From an uncultured Verrucomicrobia subdivision 3 bacterium (GTDB lineage Bacteria; Verrucomicrobiota; Verrucomicrobiia; Limisphaerales; UBA11358), in contig CAISEZ010000090.1 in the NCBI GenBank assembly GCA_903884535.1, positions 1,953-65,952 on the forward strand: a DNA stretch of 64,000 nt, read 5' to 3'. A program made the position numbers and the translations under genes. Under the pieces are notes generated by a model. It did no database searches. It was not told the DNA's origin and saw only the letters and a list, made by a program, of their open reading frames with translations. Positions 16,678 to 26,746 of the stretch are shown piece after piece; position 1 is the first letter of the stretch; each line of letters begins with the position of its first letter.

Positions 16678-17823
16678 ATGTTTGAACTCCTCAAAACGGA
16701 TACGACGACGAAAGCTCGCCGCGGCCGGCTGACCACGACGCGCGGCGTCATCGAAACGCCCGTGTTTATGCCGGTCGGCACGCAGGCCAGCGTCAAGGCG
16801 CTCGACCCGCGCGAACTGCACGAAATGGGCACGCAGATCATTCTCGGCAACACCTACCATCTGAATCTGCGCCCCGGCCTCGACATCATCCGCGCCGCCG
16901 GCGGCCTGCACAAATTCATGAATTGGGATTTGCCGATTCTCACCGACAGCGGCGGCTTCCAGGTTTTCAGTCTCGCCAAAATTCGGAAGGTGAAAGAACA
17001 CGGTGTCGAATTCCGTTCGCACTTGGATGGGTCGCTTTTATTTATTGGCCCGAAAGAATCCATGGAAATCCAGCGCGTGCTCGGCTCGGACATCGCGATG
17101 GTGTTCGACGAGTGCCCGCCGCACGACGCGCCCGCCAAGGAACAGCGCCTCGCCGTCGAACGCACCATCCGCTGGGCGCGCGAATGCCGCGAACAGCCGC
17201 GCGCCGACGGTCAGAAAGTTTTCGGCATCGTGCAGGGCGGCAGCGACGCCGCGCTGCGCGAACAATGCGCGAAAGCGCTGGTGGAAATGGAATTCGACGG
17301 CTACGCCATCGGCGGCGTGAGCGTCGGCGAACCCGAACCGGAAATGATGCGCGCCATCGAACTCGCCGAGCCGCATCTGCCCGCACACAAGGCCCGTTAC
17401 GCGATGGGCCTCGGCACGCCCGCGCAGATGGTCGAGCTGATCGCGCGCGGCGTGGACATGTTCGACTGCGTGCTGCCCACGCGCATCGCGCGCACCGGCA
17501 CGGCCGTCACGCACACCGGCGCGTTCGCGCTAAAAGGCGCGGCTTACAAAACGGATTTTGGCCCGATTGAAGAAGGCTGCGAATGTTACGCCTGCCGCAC
17601 GTTTACACGTTCGTATTTGCGCCATCTGCTCCGCGCGAATGAAATTCTCGGCCTGCGTATGGTGAGCGTCCACAACTCTCATCTGTATCTGAAAGTGATG
17701 GAAGAAGTGCGCGCGGCGATTGTGGCGGGGACGTTCGCGGATTATTACCGAAATTTTATCGCCAATTACAAGCCGTCGCAAAAAATCATGGCCGCCCGCA
17801 AAGCGGCGAGCGATGAACGGTGA
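16678..17823 (+). CDS. tgt: Queuine tRNA-ribosyltransferase (tRNA-guanine transglycosylase)
   Basis: 381 aa. Motifs ARRGRLTTTRGVIETPVFMPVGT, LTDSGGFQV, and the zinc site C-x-C-x-x-C...H (CECYACRTF...H). Confidence 0.95.
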   Translation: MFELLKTDTTTKARRGRLTTTRGVIETPVFMPVGTQASVKALDPRELHEMGTQIILGNTYHLNLRPGLDIIRAAGGLHKFMNWDLPILTDSGGFQVFSLAKIRKVKEHGVEFRSHLDGSLLFIGPKESMEIQRVLGSDIAMVFDECPPHDAPAKEQRLAVERTIRWARECREQPRADGQKVFGIVQGGSDAALREQCAKALVEMEFDGYAIGGVSVGEPEPEMMRAIELAEPHLPAHKARYAMGLGTPAQMVELIARGVDMFDCVLPTRIARTGTAVTHTGAFALKGAAYKTDFGPIEEGCECYACRTFTRSYLRHLLRANEILGLRMVSVHNSHLYLKVMEEVRAAIVAGTFADYYRNFIANYKPSQKIMAARKAASDER

Positions 17824-17881
17824 AACTTTAGCCGCCGGATAAAAATTTGCCCTGCGGGTATGCTTGTGGCATTATTTAGCC

Positions 17882-18226
17882 ATGAGTAAACCAAAAATTG
17901 TTGCCTATTTGAAACCGACCTGCGGCTGGAGTCAGGGTGTCCGCGCCGTGATGAAAAAATATGACCTGCCGTTCGAGGATCGCGACATCATCAACGATCC
18001 GTTGCAGCGCCAGGAAATGATCGAGAAAAGCGGCCAGATGATGAGCCCGTGCGTCGAGATCAACGGCCAGATGCTGCCCGACATCAGCGGCGAGGAAGTC
18101 GAAGCCTGGATGCTCGCGAACAAAGTCGTGACGCCCAACGACCGCGTGCCGGAGGCGCCGATCAACCAGCCCTGTGCGCATGAAATGCCGCAGAGCGCGC
18201 CGCTGAATTTCGCCGCGCGCCATTAA
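17882..18226 (+). CDS. Glutaredoxin/thioredoxin-fold protein (single-Cys CGWS motif)
   Basis: KIVAYLKPTCGWSQGVRAVMKKYDLPFEDRDI... has glutaredoxin-like topology. ATG at 17882 is preferred. Confidence 0.6.
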   Translation: MSKPKIVAYLKPTCGWSQGVRAVMKKYDLPFEDRDIINDPLQRQEMIEKSGQMMSPCVEINGQMLPDISGEEVEAWMLANKVVTPNDRVPEAPINQPCAHEMPQSAPLNFAARH

Positions 18227-18245
18227 CCAATTCAAAATCTCACCA

Positions 18246-18278
18246 GCCGCGTGGAGTCATCCGCGCGGTTTTTGTTTT
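18246..18278 (+). terminator. Weak rho-independent terminator candidate after the glutaredoxin-like gene
   Basis: Stem CCGCG (18247-51) / CGCGG (18264-68) followed by TTTTTGTTTT. Confidence 0.4.
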
Positions 18279-18301
18279 AAAATGGGGAGTGCGGCAGCAC
18301 C

Positions 18302-18340
18302 GCCCTACCGTTATTGGTAGGGCTGACCTGCCGGTCAGCC
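18302..18340. repeat. REP-like palindromic element (GCCCTACC-GTTATT-GGTAGGGC + TGACCTGCCGGTCA)
   Basis: Two adjacent perfect hairpins. Shares the GGTAGGGC and GGCTGACCnGCAG boxes with 11647-11701. Confidence 0.6.
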
Positions 18341-18397
18341 AAACTTCTCCGCCGACAATTGCATTGATTGCCGCCATTTCGCCGGTAGCTTTTCCCC

Positions 18398-19264
18398 ATG
18401 CAAATCGTTTCTTCCATCGCGGCGATGCAACGACACGCCAAAAAATGGCAGCGCGCCGGCACACGCATTGGCTTTGTGCCAACGATGGGTTATTTGCACG
18501 CCGGTCATCTGAGCCTGGTGAAACGCGCACGCCAGTCCGTCGGCAAAACGGGCAAAGTGGTCGTGAGTATTTATGTCAATCCGACGCAGTTCGCGCCGAC
18601 GGAAGACCTTGCCCAATATCCGCGCGATTTGAAACGCGATTTGAAACTCTGTCGCGAGGCGGGCGCGGACGCCGTATTCACGCCGGGCGACGCCGAGATG
18701 TATCCAAACAAAGCCGAGAACGGATTCAGCGCTTATGTCGTCGAGGAAAAACTATCGCAAAGCATGGAAGGCGCGGCGCGGCCGGTGCATTTTCGCGGGG
18801 TGACGACGGTGGTGGCAAAACTATTTAACATTGTGCTGCCGGACGTGGCGGTGTTTGGACAAAAAGATTTTCAGCAGGCGGCGGTCATCAAGCGCATGGT
18901 GGCGGATTTGAATTTCCCGGTAAAAATCATCGTCGCGCCGACGTTGCGCGAGCCGGATGGATTGGCGATGAGTTCGCGCAACAAATATCTCGAAGGCGAT
19001 TTGCGGCTGCAGGCGACAGTGCTGTGGCACGCGATTCAAAAGGCGCAAGCCGTGGTCAAAAAATCGGCGCGGCCGGTGCCGGCGGAAAAACTGAAGGCCG
19101 AACTCAAAGAATTCATCCAGCACAAGCCGGCGGCGCGCGCCGACTATGTTGAGTTTTTTGATCCGGATAATTTGTCGCCGGTGGCAAAAGTGACCCGCGG
19201 CTCGCAGTTGGCGCTGGCGGTTTTTGTTGGAAAAACGAGGTTGATAGACAACGCACAACTTTGA
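18398..19264 (+). CDS. panC: Pantoate--beta-alanine ligase
   Basis: 288 aa. Motifs [25 protein letters not shown] and SSRN. Confidence 0.95.
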   Translation: MQIVSSIAAMQRHAKKWQRAGTRIGFVPTMGYLHAGHLSLVKRARQSVGKTGKVVVSIYVNPTQFAPTEDLAQYPRDLKRDLKLCREAGADAVFTPGDAEMYPNKAENGFSAYVVEEKLSQSMEGAARPVHFRGVTTVVAKLFNIVLPDVAVFGQKDFQQAAVIKRMVADLNFPVKIIVAPTLREPDGLAMSSRNKYLEGDLRLQATVLWHAIQKAQAVVKKSARPVPAEKLKAELKEFIQHKPAARADYVEFFDPDNLSPVAKVTRGSQLALAVFVGKTRLIDNAQL

Positions 19265-19265
19265 A

Positions 19266-20867
19266 ATGAAACAATTTGATTTTCTCGTTCTCGGCAGCGG
19301 CATCGCGGGACTGACGTTCGCGTTGCAGGTTGCGCCGCGTGGGCGCGTGGCTATCGTCACGAAAAAGGATCGCGCGGAGTCGAACACCAATTACGCGCAG
19401 GGCGGCATCGCGTCGGTCACGAGCAAGGAAGATTCCTTCGAGTCGCACGTGCGCGACACGCTCACGGCGGGCGCGGGACTGTGCAAAGAAAATGTCGTCC
19501 GCACGATTGTCGAGGAAGGTCCGGCTCGCATCGCGGAACTGATCGCGCTCGGCATGAAATTTTCCGAGAGCGACGCACCGAGCGAGGACGGCGGCAAGCA
19601 GCTCGATCTTGGCCGCGAAGGCGGACATTCCGAACGTCGTATTTTGCACGCAAAAGATGTGACCGGCCGCGAGATCGAACGCGCGTTGTTGAATGCCGTT
19701 TCCAGGCAGCCGAACATCGAGATTTTCGAAAATCATCTGGCGATTGATTTGATCACCAGCCAGAAGCTCGGCTACGTCGGCGTAAATCATTGTCTCGGCG
19801 CATATGTGTTCGACAAGAAATCCGGGCGCGTGCAGATTTTTTGCGCGCCGGTGACGATTCTCGCGACGGGCGGCTGCGGCAAGGTTTATCTCTACACCAC
19901 GAATCCCGACATCGCGACCGGCGACGGCATCGCGATGGCGTATCGCGCCGGTGCGAGCATCGCGAACATGGAATTTGTCCAGTTTCATCCGACGTGTTTG
20001 TATCATCCGAAGGCGAAATCTTTTTTGATTTCCGAAGCCGTGCGCGGTGAAGGTGGTATTTTAAAAACGCTCGACGGCCACGAATTCATGGACGGCTGTC
20101 ATCCGCTGAAATCGCTGGCGCCGCGCGACATCGTGGCCCGGGCGATTGACAGCGAGATGAAAAAATCCGGCGCGGACTGCGTGCTGCTGGACATCACGCA
20201 CAAGCCGGCCAAATTCATCATCGAGCGGTTTCCAAATATTTATCAGACGTGTCTGCGCTACGGAATTGATATTACAAAAGAGCCGATTCCCGTGGTGCCG
20301 GCGGCGCATTACCAATGCGGCGGCGTGGTGACGAACATTGACGGCGAGACGGACATTGCGGGGCTGTTCGCCGTCGGCGAGGCGGCTTGCACGGGCTTGC
20401 ACGGCGCGAACCGGCTGGCAAGCAATTCACTTTTGGAAGCCATGGTCTGCGCGCACCGCGCGGCGGAAAAAATCCTTTTCCGGACACCGCCGAAAAATGG
20501 CTTGATCATTCCCGCCTGGCAATCCGGCCACGCGACGGACGCAGATGAAATGGTGGTCGTGTCGCATAACTGGGACGAGATCCGCCGGCTGATGTGGGAT
20601 TACGTCGGCATTGTCCGGACGAACAAGCGCCTTCAACGCGCGCAGAAACGCATCGCGAATCTTCAGGAGGAAATTCACGACTATTACTGGAATTTTAATT
20701 TGACCGCCGACTTGCTGGAACTGCGCAACATCGCCACGGTTGCCGAATTGATTGTGCGATGCGCGTTGCTGCGACCCGAAAGCCGCGGGCTGAATTACAA
20801 TCTGGATTATCCCGAGGCGAATCCCGAATGGGCGCAGCGCGACAGCGTGGTGCGGCGCGGCAATTAA
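19266..20867 (+). CDS. nadB: L-aspartate oxidase
   Basis: 533 aa. FAD-binding [12 protein letters not shown], plus the [13 protein letters not shown] and RSE-SRG motifs. Starts 1 nt after the panC stop. Confidence 0.95.
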   Translation: MKQFDFLVLGSGIAGLTFALQVAPRGRVAIVTKKDRAESNTNYAQGGIASVTSKEDSFESHVRDTLTAGAGLCKENVVRTIVEEGPARIAELIALGMKFSESDAPSEDGGKQLDLGREGGHSERRILHAKDVTGREIERALLNAVSRQPNIEIFENHLAIDLITSQKLGYVGVNHCLGAYVFDKKSGRVQIFCAPVTILATGGCGKVYLYTTNPDIATGDGIAMAYRAGASIANMEFVQFHPTCLYHPKAKSFLISEAVRGEGGILKTLDGHEFMDGCHPLKSLAPRDIVARAIDSEMKKSGADCVLLDITHKPAKFIIERFPNIYQTCLRYGIDITKEPIPVVPAAHYQCGGVVTNIDGETDIAGLFAVGEAACTGLHGANRLASNSLLEAMVCAHRAAEKILFRTPPKNGLIIPAWQSGHATDADEMVVVSHNWDEIRRLMWDYVGIVRTNKRLQRAQKRIANLQEEIHDYYWNFNLTADLLELRNIATVAELIVRCALLRPESRGLNYNLDYPEANPEWAQRDSVVRRGN

Positions 20868-20870
20868 AGT

Positions 20871-23800
20871 TTACGGCACGAGCAGGGAGAAGAAATTCAG
20901 CGACGAGCTGGTGCCGACGGTGTTAGTCCAGCCAAAATTTCCGCCGGCATCGAAAACATTCGTGGCGAGGCGCGTCCAGTTCGCGAGCGGCAGCGCGAGA
21001 TTGGTCGTGCCGACGATGTAATAAATATTGCCCGGCACGCCGTTGGAGCCGCTTAAAACAAAAGTGCCGCTTCTCAGAATGGTTTTGCCGATGGTCGGCG
21101 GCGTGTTGCTGACCACGGTGATGATGCCGGACGAGGCGAGCGCGGTTTTGTTCCAAGCCAGGCCGGTGACGAGCGGCGGCAGCGTGACCGAACTGAAATT
21201 TCCAGCCGGCGCGGCGGCGTTAAAAAGTTTGAACGAGTCGCCGAGTGCGGGCGTGCCGGCCAGATTGGTGACGACGAGCGCCCCGTTCAAATTCAGGCTG
21301 CCGCTCACGACGAAGGCGTCGTTGGTTCTTGGCGTTTTGGAAATCTCAATGAGCGTGGTGCTGGCGACGGCGAGCGTCAGGCCGTTGCTGAACGAAAGCG
21401 TGGCGAAGTTCGGGCCGGGCGACAGTTTTCCATTCACCGTCGTCGCGCCGCCGACGATGCCTTTGCCGCCCAGCGTGCCGGCCGAATTGATGGTGACCCC
21501 GGCGGTGGCGGAATGATTGTCGCCATTGATGAAAAGGGTTCCCGCATTCACGGTGGTGGTGCCGGTGTAATTGTTCGAGCCGGTGAGCGTCCACGCGCCG
21601 GTGCCGACCTTGGTGATGGAATTGCCGGTGATTCTGCCGGCGAAGGTGGCGTCGGTGTTTTTTGCGCCGACCTGCCACGCGCCCGCCGACAAAACGGAAT
21701 TCGGCCCGCCGGAAAGTTCGCCGACGGCGACGGTCGTGTTGGCGGTCGTGTGATAGGCATACATCCAGTTCGTCAGATAAATCGCGCAGTTGCCGTAGCC
21801 GAAGGAGTTGCTGATGCGGAAATCGCCGTTGGTGCCGGTGCCGCCGGTGCGCGGGTCGCCGGCGTTGCCGGGCAGCACATTTATTTTTCCGGTGAACGCG
21901 GACCAGTTGCCGTAAAGGGTCGTGCGGACAAAGGGAATGCACATCTTCAACGTGCCGCCGCCGGTGAGCGTGCCGTAGCAGTCAATGCGGCTGTCGCAGT
22001 CCAGCTCGCCGCCGGAATTGGTCGGCACGAAAATATTGTAGGCCATCGTGCTGTAAGTGCTGCTGTCGTCGAGCATTTTCAAAATGCCGCCGTCGAGCGT
22101 CACCGTGCCGGTGCCGACGCCGTAGGTATTGCCGGCCTCGGTGGCGAGTTGCACGACGCCGGCCTTGGCGATGACCCCGCCCGAGAAACTGTTGCTGGTG
22201 CCGAGGATCAAAGTTCCCTGACCGATTTTCTGCAACGCGCCCGCGCCGGTCACGAGGCCGCTGAAATTCACGAGCGCGCCGTAAGTCGGCACGTCAAAAA
22301 TGTTCGTGCCGGATTGCAACGTCGTGCCGCGGTCGGTGTAAGCCTGCGTGGAATTGATGCGCAGCGTCGCGCCGCCGAAGATCACGAGGTTCGTCGGGCT
22401 GGCGCTGGGCGCGGAACCGAGCGGACCGGGCGAGTTGGCGACAGACAAATCGTTCACTTCCAAAACGCCGCCGCCGACCAGCGTGCGGCCGGTGTAATAA
22501 TTGTCGTTGTTGATGACGAGCGTGCCGGCATTGGTTTTCGTCAGGCCGGTGCCGCCGCTGATGCCGCCGCTGCCGGTGAAAAAATAATTGGAACCGGCAT
22601 TCACCGTGACGGACGCGGCGAGCAGTGTCGCGGACAAATTCACATTGCTGTTGGCGCCGCCGGCGTCGGTGAAAACCACGTTGTCCTGCGGCACGAAGAA
22701 ATCCTGCGCCGCGCCGTTGAGAAAATTGCTCGTCGTGACCAAATCCCACGCGTTGCCGTTTTGTCCGCCGTTCCAGACGAGGCTGGCCGTCGCGCGGACG
22801 GATTTGACGACCAGCGCGATTTGGCCGGGCGGATTCGTCAGCGCAAGCGGCGTGCCGTCGAGGCCGGCGACGGTGAAATTATTCAGGCTGCCGCTCAATG
22901 CGCCGTAATTGATGAGCGGATAAATTCCCGGCGGCAAGGTGGAATTTAATTTGTGAATCGTCAGCGTGTTCGTGCCCAGCAAAGACAACGTGCCGGTGAC
23001 GATCAGCAAATCATTGGTTTTCGTCACGCCGGTTACATCGTCGGACAAATCAAAATCGTTGAGCGCATTGTTCAGCGTGAGCGAATTCGCAATCGTCAGC
23101 GTGCCCGGCGAGTTGGTGCCCTGGCCCGGCGAAATGCCGCCGCCGGGTTCGCAGGAAACCGGCGAGCCAACCACGCCGCTGCCGCCGAGCCGGCCGTCCA
23201 GCCAGATGCCGCCGCGAACGGTCACGGGGCTGTTGGCCAACGCGCCGTTGACGAGGAACGGGCTTTCGCAAATCAGCGTGCGGCCGGAATAACTATTCGT
23301 GTTGTTGAAAATCAATTTGCCCGCGCCGGCTTTGGTGAATGGCATCGCACCGTCGAGCGAGCCGCCGTTGAACGAGTAATCTTTCGGCGAATGCACCGTG
23401 ACGGTGCCGGGCTGGAGCGAGCCGATAAGATTAACGGCATTATTTGAGCCGCTGATGTCGAAGAGCACGGTGTCGCCGGGATTGAACGCGACGGCGGTGT
23501 TGTTGGAAATCCACAAATTATTTGTAAACCAGTTGGCGGTTGAACCGGCGTCCCAATTTGTCCCGGCGTTTCCGCGCCAGGTGAGCTTGGCATTGGAGAC
23601 GGGCGGAATGGCCGGCGGCTGCATGCCTGGGCCGAGATAATAATCTGGATAACTGGACTGGTAATAACCTTTCGCCGTGCATTGGTCGCGATATTGCGGA
23701 TTCTGCATCAGGCAATAAATTTTGTTCGTCGCGGAAATTGTCGTGGAGTAAATGCGGATTTCGGAATAGTCATTCGCGACGAGCACCAGTTCCTCGCGCC

Positions 23801-25424
23801 AGTCGCCAAAAATATCGCCCCAGAATGCCGCGCGTCCGCCGTAGGCTTGATGAATGCCGCCGTTGTCGTTGTATAATGTTTGCAGGCGAAACGCCGTGCC
23901 GCTCACCGGATCAAATTTGTTGACGACCGGACTCAAGGCACCGCTGCCCGCGCCGTCCTCGAACTCGCGCGTTAGATCGGCGTCCCACCAGACCGTTTCC
24001 GGTGCCCACAGGTTGTTCGCGTAAATCTGATTGCCCTTGCAATCATAAATGCCGGGTTGCGTGGAATACATTTCGTAGCCCTTGCGGTTCGGGTCCATCG
24101 CCAGCGCGACGCCGCGGCCGACGTCCACGACGTTCGGCGCATACCATTTCTTGATGATCTTGCCGGAGCCGGAATCGTAAAGCATCGTGGCGAGCAGCGT
24201 CGAATTGAGCTGCTGGATGGAATACGTTTCCAGACCGGGCCGGTCGGGATCCATGTCGGAAATGTGATAGCGATCGCCGTGACCGAGTTCCGTGTCAAAA
24301 AGCGGCTGGCCATCCGCGCCGCTGTTCGCTGAACCAACCTCAATGATGTCGTCAATCCCGTCGTGGTTCACGTCGGCAAAACGGATTTGATGACCCCAGG
24401 CGAAATTGGAATTGGCCGGCTGCGTCCAGAACCAGCGGCGCGTCAACTGGCCGTTGCGATAATCAAACGCCATGCTCTCGCGCTGAAACGCCTTGCTGAC
24501 ATTGCGGTTTTCGCCTTCGATAAACAGGCTCGGATGCACGCCGTCGCAATAAATGACGCCGAAATGACAGTTCAGCGGGCCGTCTGCCGGCCACATATTC
24601 GTCAGCGTTGTGCGGGCCAGTTCCTTGCCAGTCAGTCCGTCGAGAATTGAAATGTATTGCGTCGTGTCATCCGGCCCGGTGATGGTCGAGCCGTCGGGCA
24701 GAATCACGCCGCGCGCCGTGCGCACTGCGACTTGGGCGCGGCCGCTGCCGTCGAAGTCATACATTGTCACATTGTCCTTGTCGCCGATGCTGATGGCCGA
24801 CGCGCCCGGCTCGATGTTGTATTGGTTCGTGCTGTTGTAACCCATGTCCATCTGCCAGAGAAAAGTTCCGTCGCGTTTGTAAGCCTGCAAATACTCGTTT
24901 GTCGCCACGGTCGTTGACATGCGGTCCACCACGAAATCATATTCGCCATCGCCGTCCACGTCGCCGACCCAGCAGAACTTCACGTCGTAAGGTGCGGCCG
25001 CACCGCCGGTGACGTGCAGCGGCACGGCAAAATACTGGCGCACCGGCGGATTGGCCGCGAGTCCCCACGGCGCGCTCAACGCCTGCGTGACGCCGATGAA
25101 CACCGGCTGGATGAACCACGCGTTGGAGACGGTGAAATCCGCCGTCGTGTCGAGAAAATCCGTCGTGTTGGTGACGAGGCTGGCGTTGATTTGCACCGGC
25201 GCGGCACCGCTGGCCGAACGCAGCACGTTGTAGCCGGCACCGTCCGGATCAGTGGCGAGTTGCCGCCAACTAACGTAAGCCTGGGTTGAACTTTTGTGCA
25301 GCACGATGACGCCGCGTCCAAGCTTTTCCATCTGCCGCTGCGCGTGGACAGGCAGCGTGAACGCGGCAATCAAAATGATTGCCGCTAAAACACGGAACGC
25401 GCTGGCCGGTAAAAATAGTTTCAT
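20871..25424 (-). CDS. Secreted rhamnogalacturonan lyase (PL11/YesW-like beta-propeller) fused to a long array of PATR repeats and a C-terminal beta-sandwich
   Basis: 1517 aa with a signal peptide. Calcium/FG-GAP-like motifs VGDVDGDGEYDFVVDR and DVNHDGIDDIIEV. Many repeats of G-T-L-x-L-x-x-x-N-x-Y-(T/S)-G-x-T. Confidence 0.8.
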   Translation of the reverse strand: MKLFLPASAFRVLAAIILIAAFTLPVHAQRQMEKLGRGVIVLHKSSTQAYVSWRQLATDPDGAGYNVLRSASGAAPVQINASLVTNTTDFLDTTADFTVSNAWFIQPVFIGVTQALSAPWGLAANPPVRQYFAVPLHVTGGAAAPYDVKFCWVGDVDGDGEYDFVVDRMSTTVATNEYLQAYKRDGTFLWQMDMGYNSTNQYNIEPGASAISIGDKDNVTMYDFDGSGRAQVAVRTARGVILPDGSTITGPDDTTQYISILDGLTGKELARTTLTNMWPADGPLNCHFGVIYCDGVHPSLFIEGENRNVSKAFQRESMAFDYRNGQLTRRWFWTQPANSNFAWGHQIRFADVNHDGIDDIIEVGSANSGADGQPLFDTELGHGDRYHISDMDPDRPGLETYSIQQLNSTLLATMLYDSGSGKIIKKWYAPNVVDVGRGVALAMDPNRKGYEMYSTQPGIYDCKGNQIYANNLWAPETVWWDADLTREFEDGAGSGALSPVVNKFDPVSGTAFRLQTLYNDNGGIHQAYGGRAAFWGDIFGDWREELVLVANDYSEIRIYSTTISATNKIYCLMQNPQYRDQCTAKGYYQSSYPDYYLGPGMQPPAIPPVSNAKLTWRGNAGTNWDAGSTANWFTNNLWISNNTAVAFNPGDTVLFDISGSNNAVNLIGSLQPGTVTVHSPKDYSFNGGSLDGAMPFTKAGAGKLIFNNTNSYSGRTLICESPFLVNGALANSPVTVRGGIWLDGRLGGSGVVGSPVSCEPGGGISPGQGTNSPGTLTIANSLTLNNALNDFDLSDDVTGVTKTNDLLIVTGTLSLLGTNTLTIHKLNSTLPPGIYPLINYGALSGSLNNFTVAGLDGTPLALTNPPGQIALVVKSVRATASLVWNGGQNGNAWDLVTTSNFLNGAAQDFFVPQDNVVFTDAGGANSNVNLSATLLAASVTVNAGSNYFFTGSGGISGGTGLTKTNAGTLVINNDNYYTGRTLVGGGVLEVNDLSVANSPGPLGSAPSASPTNLVIFGGATLRINSTQAYTDRGTTLQSGTNIFDVPTYGALVNFSGLVTGAGALQKIGQGTLILGTSNSFSGGVIAKAGVVQLATEAGNTYGVGTGTVTLDGGILKMLDDSSTYSTMAYNIFVPTNSGGELDCDSRIDCYGTLTGGGTLKMCIPFVRTTLYGNWSAFTGKINVLPGNAGDPRTGGTGTNGDFRISNSFGYGNCAIYLTNWMYAYHTTANTTVAVGELSGGPNSVLSAGAWQVGAKNTDATFAGRITGNSITKVGTGAWTLTGSNNYTGTTTVNAGTLFINGDNHSATAGVTINSAGTLGGKGIVGGATTVNGKLSPGPNFATLSFSNGLTLAVASTTLIEISKTPRTNDAFVVSGSLNLNGALVVTNLAGTPALGDSFKLFNAAAPAGNFSSVTLPPLVTGLAWNKTALASSGIITVVSNTPPTIGKTILRSGTFVLSGSNGVPGNIYYIVGTTNLALPLANWTRLATNVFDAGGNFGWTNTVGTSSSLNFFSLLVP

Positions 25425-25467
25425 GGACGGTGGGGACGCTTAAAAATACACCCAAACTGGCGGGAAC

Positions 25468-26646
25468 CTATTCACCAGAATTGGCGATGCGCAAAACCAA
25501 CCACCAGGCCGCCACCAGCATCACCCCGGCAGAAATCGCGCGAATGCCAAAACGCTGAAACCACGGGTGTTTTTGCAGCACAAACAAAATCGGCAATAAA
25601 ATTGCGGCGACGATGAGCTGGCCGGTTTCCACGCCAAGATTGAAAGCGACCAGCGGTTTGGCGATTGCCGCGCCGGTCCCGCCGAGACCGCTGGCGCGCA
25701 GCGCGCCGGCAAAACCAAAACCGTGGATCAGCCCGAAGCCGCCGGTGAGCGCGTAGCGATGCCACGGTTTTTCCTCGCGCCGGAAATTTTCCGCCGCCAC
25801 AAACAGAATCGAGGCCGCGATGGCCGGTTCCACCACGCGCGCAGAAATTGTGACGAGGTTCAGCGCCGCCAGCGCCAGCGTGAGCGAGTGCGCCAGGGTG
25901 AAACCGGTGATGACCAGCAGCATCGGCTTGAGCCGCTGGCAGCCCAGCAGCAGCGCCGTCAGAAACAGCAGGTGGTCAAACGCGCCCAAGTTCAAAATGT
26001 GGCCAACGCCGAGTTTCCAAAATTCCCCGAAGCTTGGCCGGGTTTTCTCCGTCGCCACGGGCAGCGGCGGTTTTTCCGCCGGCGGATTTACCGTGGAAAC
26101 CGGAGCGGCGGCGGAACCCGGCGGAAATAATTTTTCTGGCAGCGCAAAATCGGCGCTGTCCTTGGCGGGCGAGAGAATCGCGCTGGCAAAAATGTTGCCG
26201 TTTTCGTCGGTCAGCACGAGCGGCGCGTTGCGCGGCGCGGGCAGGGCGGGGAGAAACTGCGATTGCAGCCGCAGGGTTTTTGCCGGTGCGAGCGCGTATT
26301 CAAAATGAAATTGAAATTCCAGCCCGTCCGTGATGACGTCCGCCTCGCGCGGCTGGATGCTGTTGCCATCGGCGGACGCCGTGAAAAAATTCGTGACCAT
26401 CGCCGGGTTCAGCGCGAACGGATGGCCGGACGGCAACTGGCCGGGGCTGATCTGCGCGGCGCGCAGAAAATTTTCGCCAAGCGCGGTGCCCACGGTGACC
26501 ATGATTTCGGCGGAGTCCGCGTGGACGATGACGCGCGCCGAGCAGTCGAACGGCGCGTGGGCGAGGACGGTCTGCGCCAGAAAAAGCGCGCCGGCCAGAA
26601 GGGCGTAGAAAAGCAGCGCGCGTGGCTTCATGGTTTGAGGCCGCAA
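25468..26646 (-). CDS. hupE: HupE/UreJ family membrane protein with an N-terminal periplasmic extension
   Basis: 392 aa. Signal peptide, then a C-terminal half with GxxHIL...G.DHLLFL and five or six TM segments. Confidence 0.7.
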   Translation of the reverse strand: MRPQTMKPRALLFYALLAGALFLAQTVLAHAPFDCSARVIVHADSAEIMVTVGTALGENFLRAAQISPGQLPSGHPFALNPAMVTNFFTASADGNSIQPREADVITDGLEFQFHFEYALAPAKTLRLQSQFLPALPAPRNAPLVLTDENGNIFASAILSPAKDSADFALPEKLFPPGSAAAPVSTVNPPAEKPPLPVATEKTRPSFGEFWKLGVGHILNLGAFDHLLFLTALLLGCQRLKPMLLVITGFTLAHSLTLALAALNLVTISARVVEPAIAASILFVAAENFRREEKPWHRYALTGGFGLIHGFGFAGALRASGLGGTGAAIAKPLVAFNLGVETGQLIVAAILLPILFVLQKHPWFQRFGIRAISAGVMLVAAWWLVLRIANSGE

Positions 26647-26746
26647 TTTACCGCAGCGCGCGGCGAACGACCATCCTCGAAACGGGTGACGGAAAGGAAT
26701 GCTAAAACCGTGGCGGGTGATGGCGGCTGGCGAGCAGCGGAATTTT

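Noticed and set aside
20865-20873. Convergent stops of nadB and the PL11/PATR gene only 3 nt apart (and similarly 50307/50319), considered as a possible misassembly or gene fusion
   Set aside because: Both genes end with family-typical C-termini. Tight convergent packing without a terminator is unusual but not evidence of an artefact.
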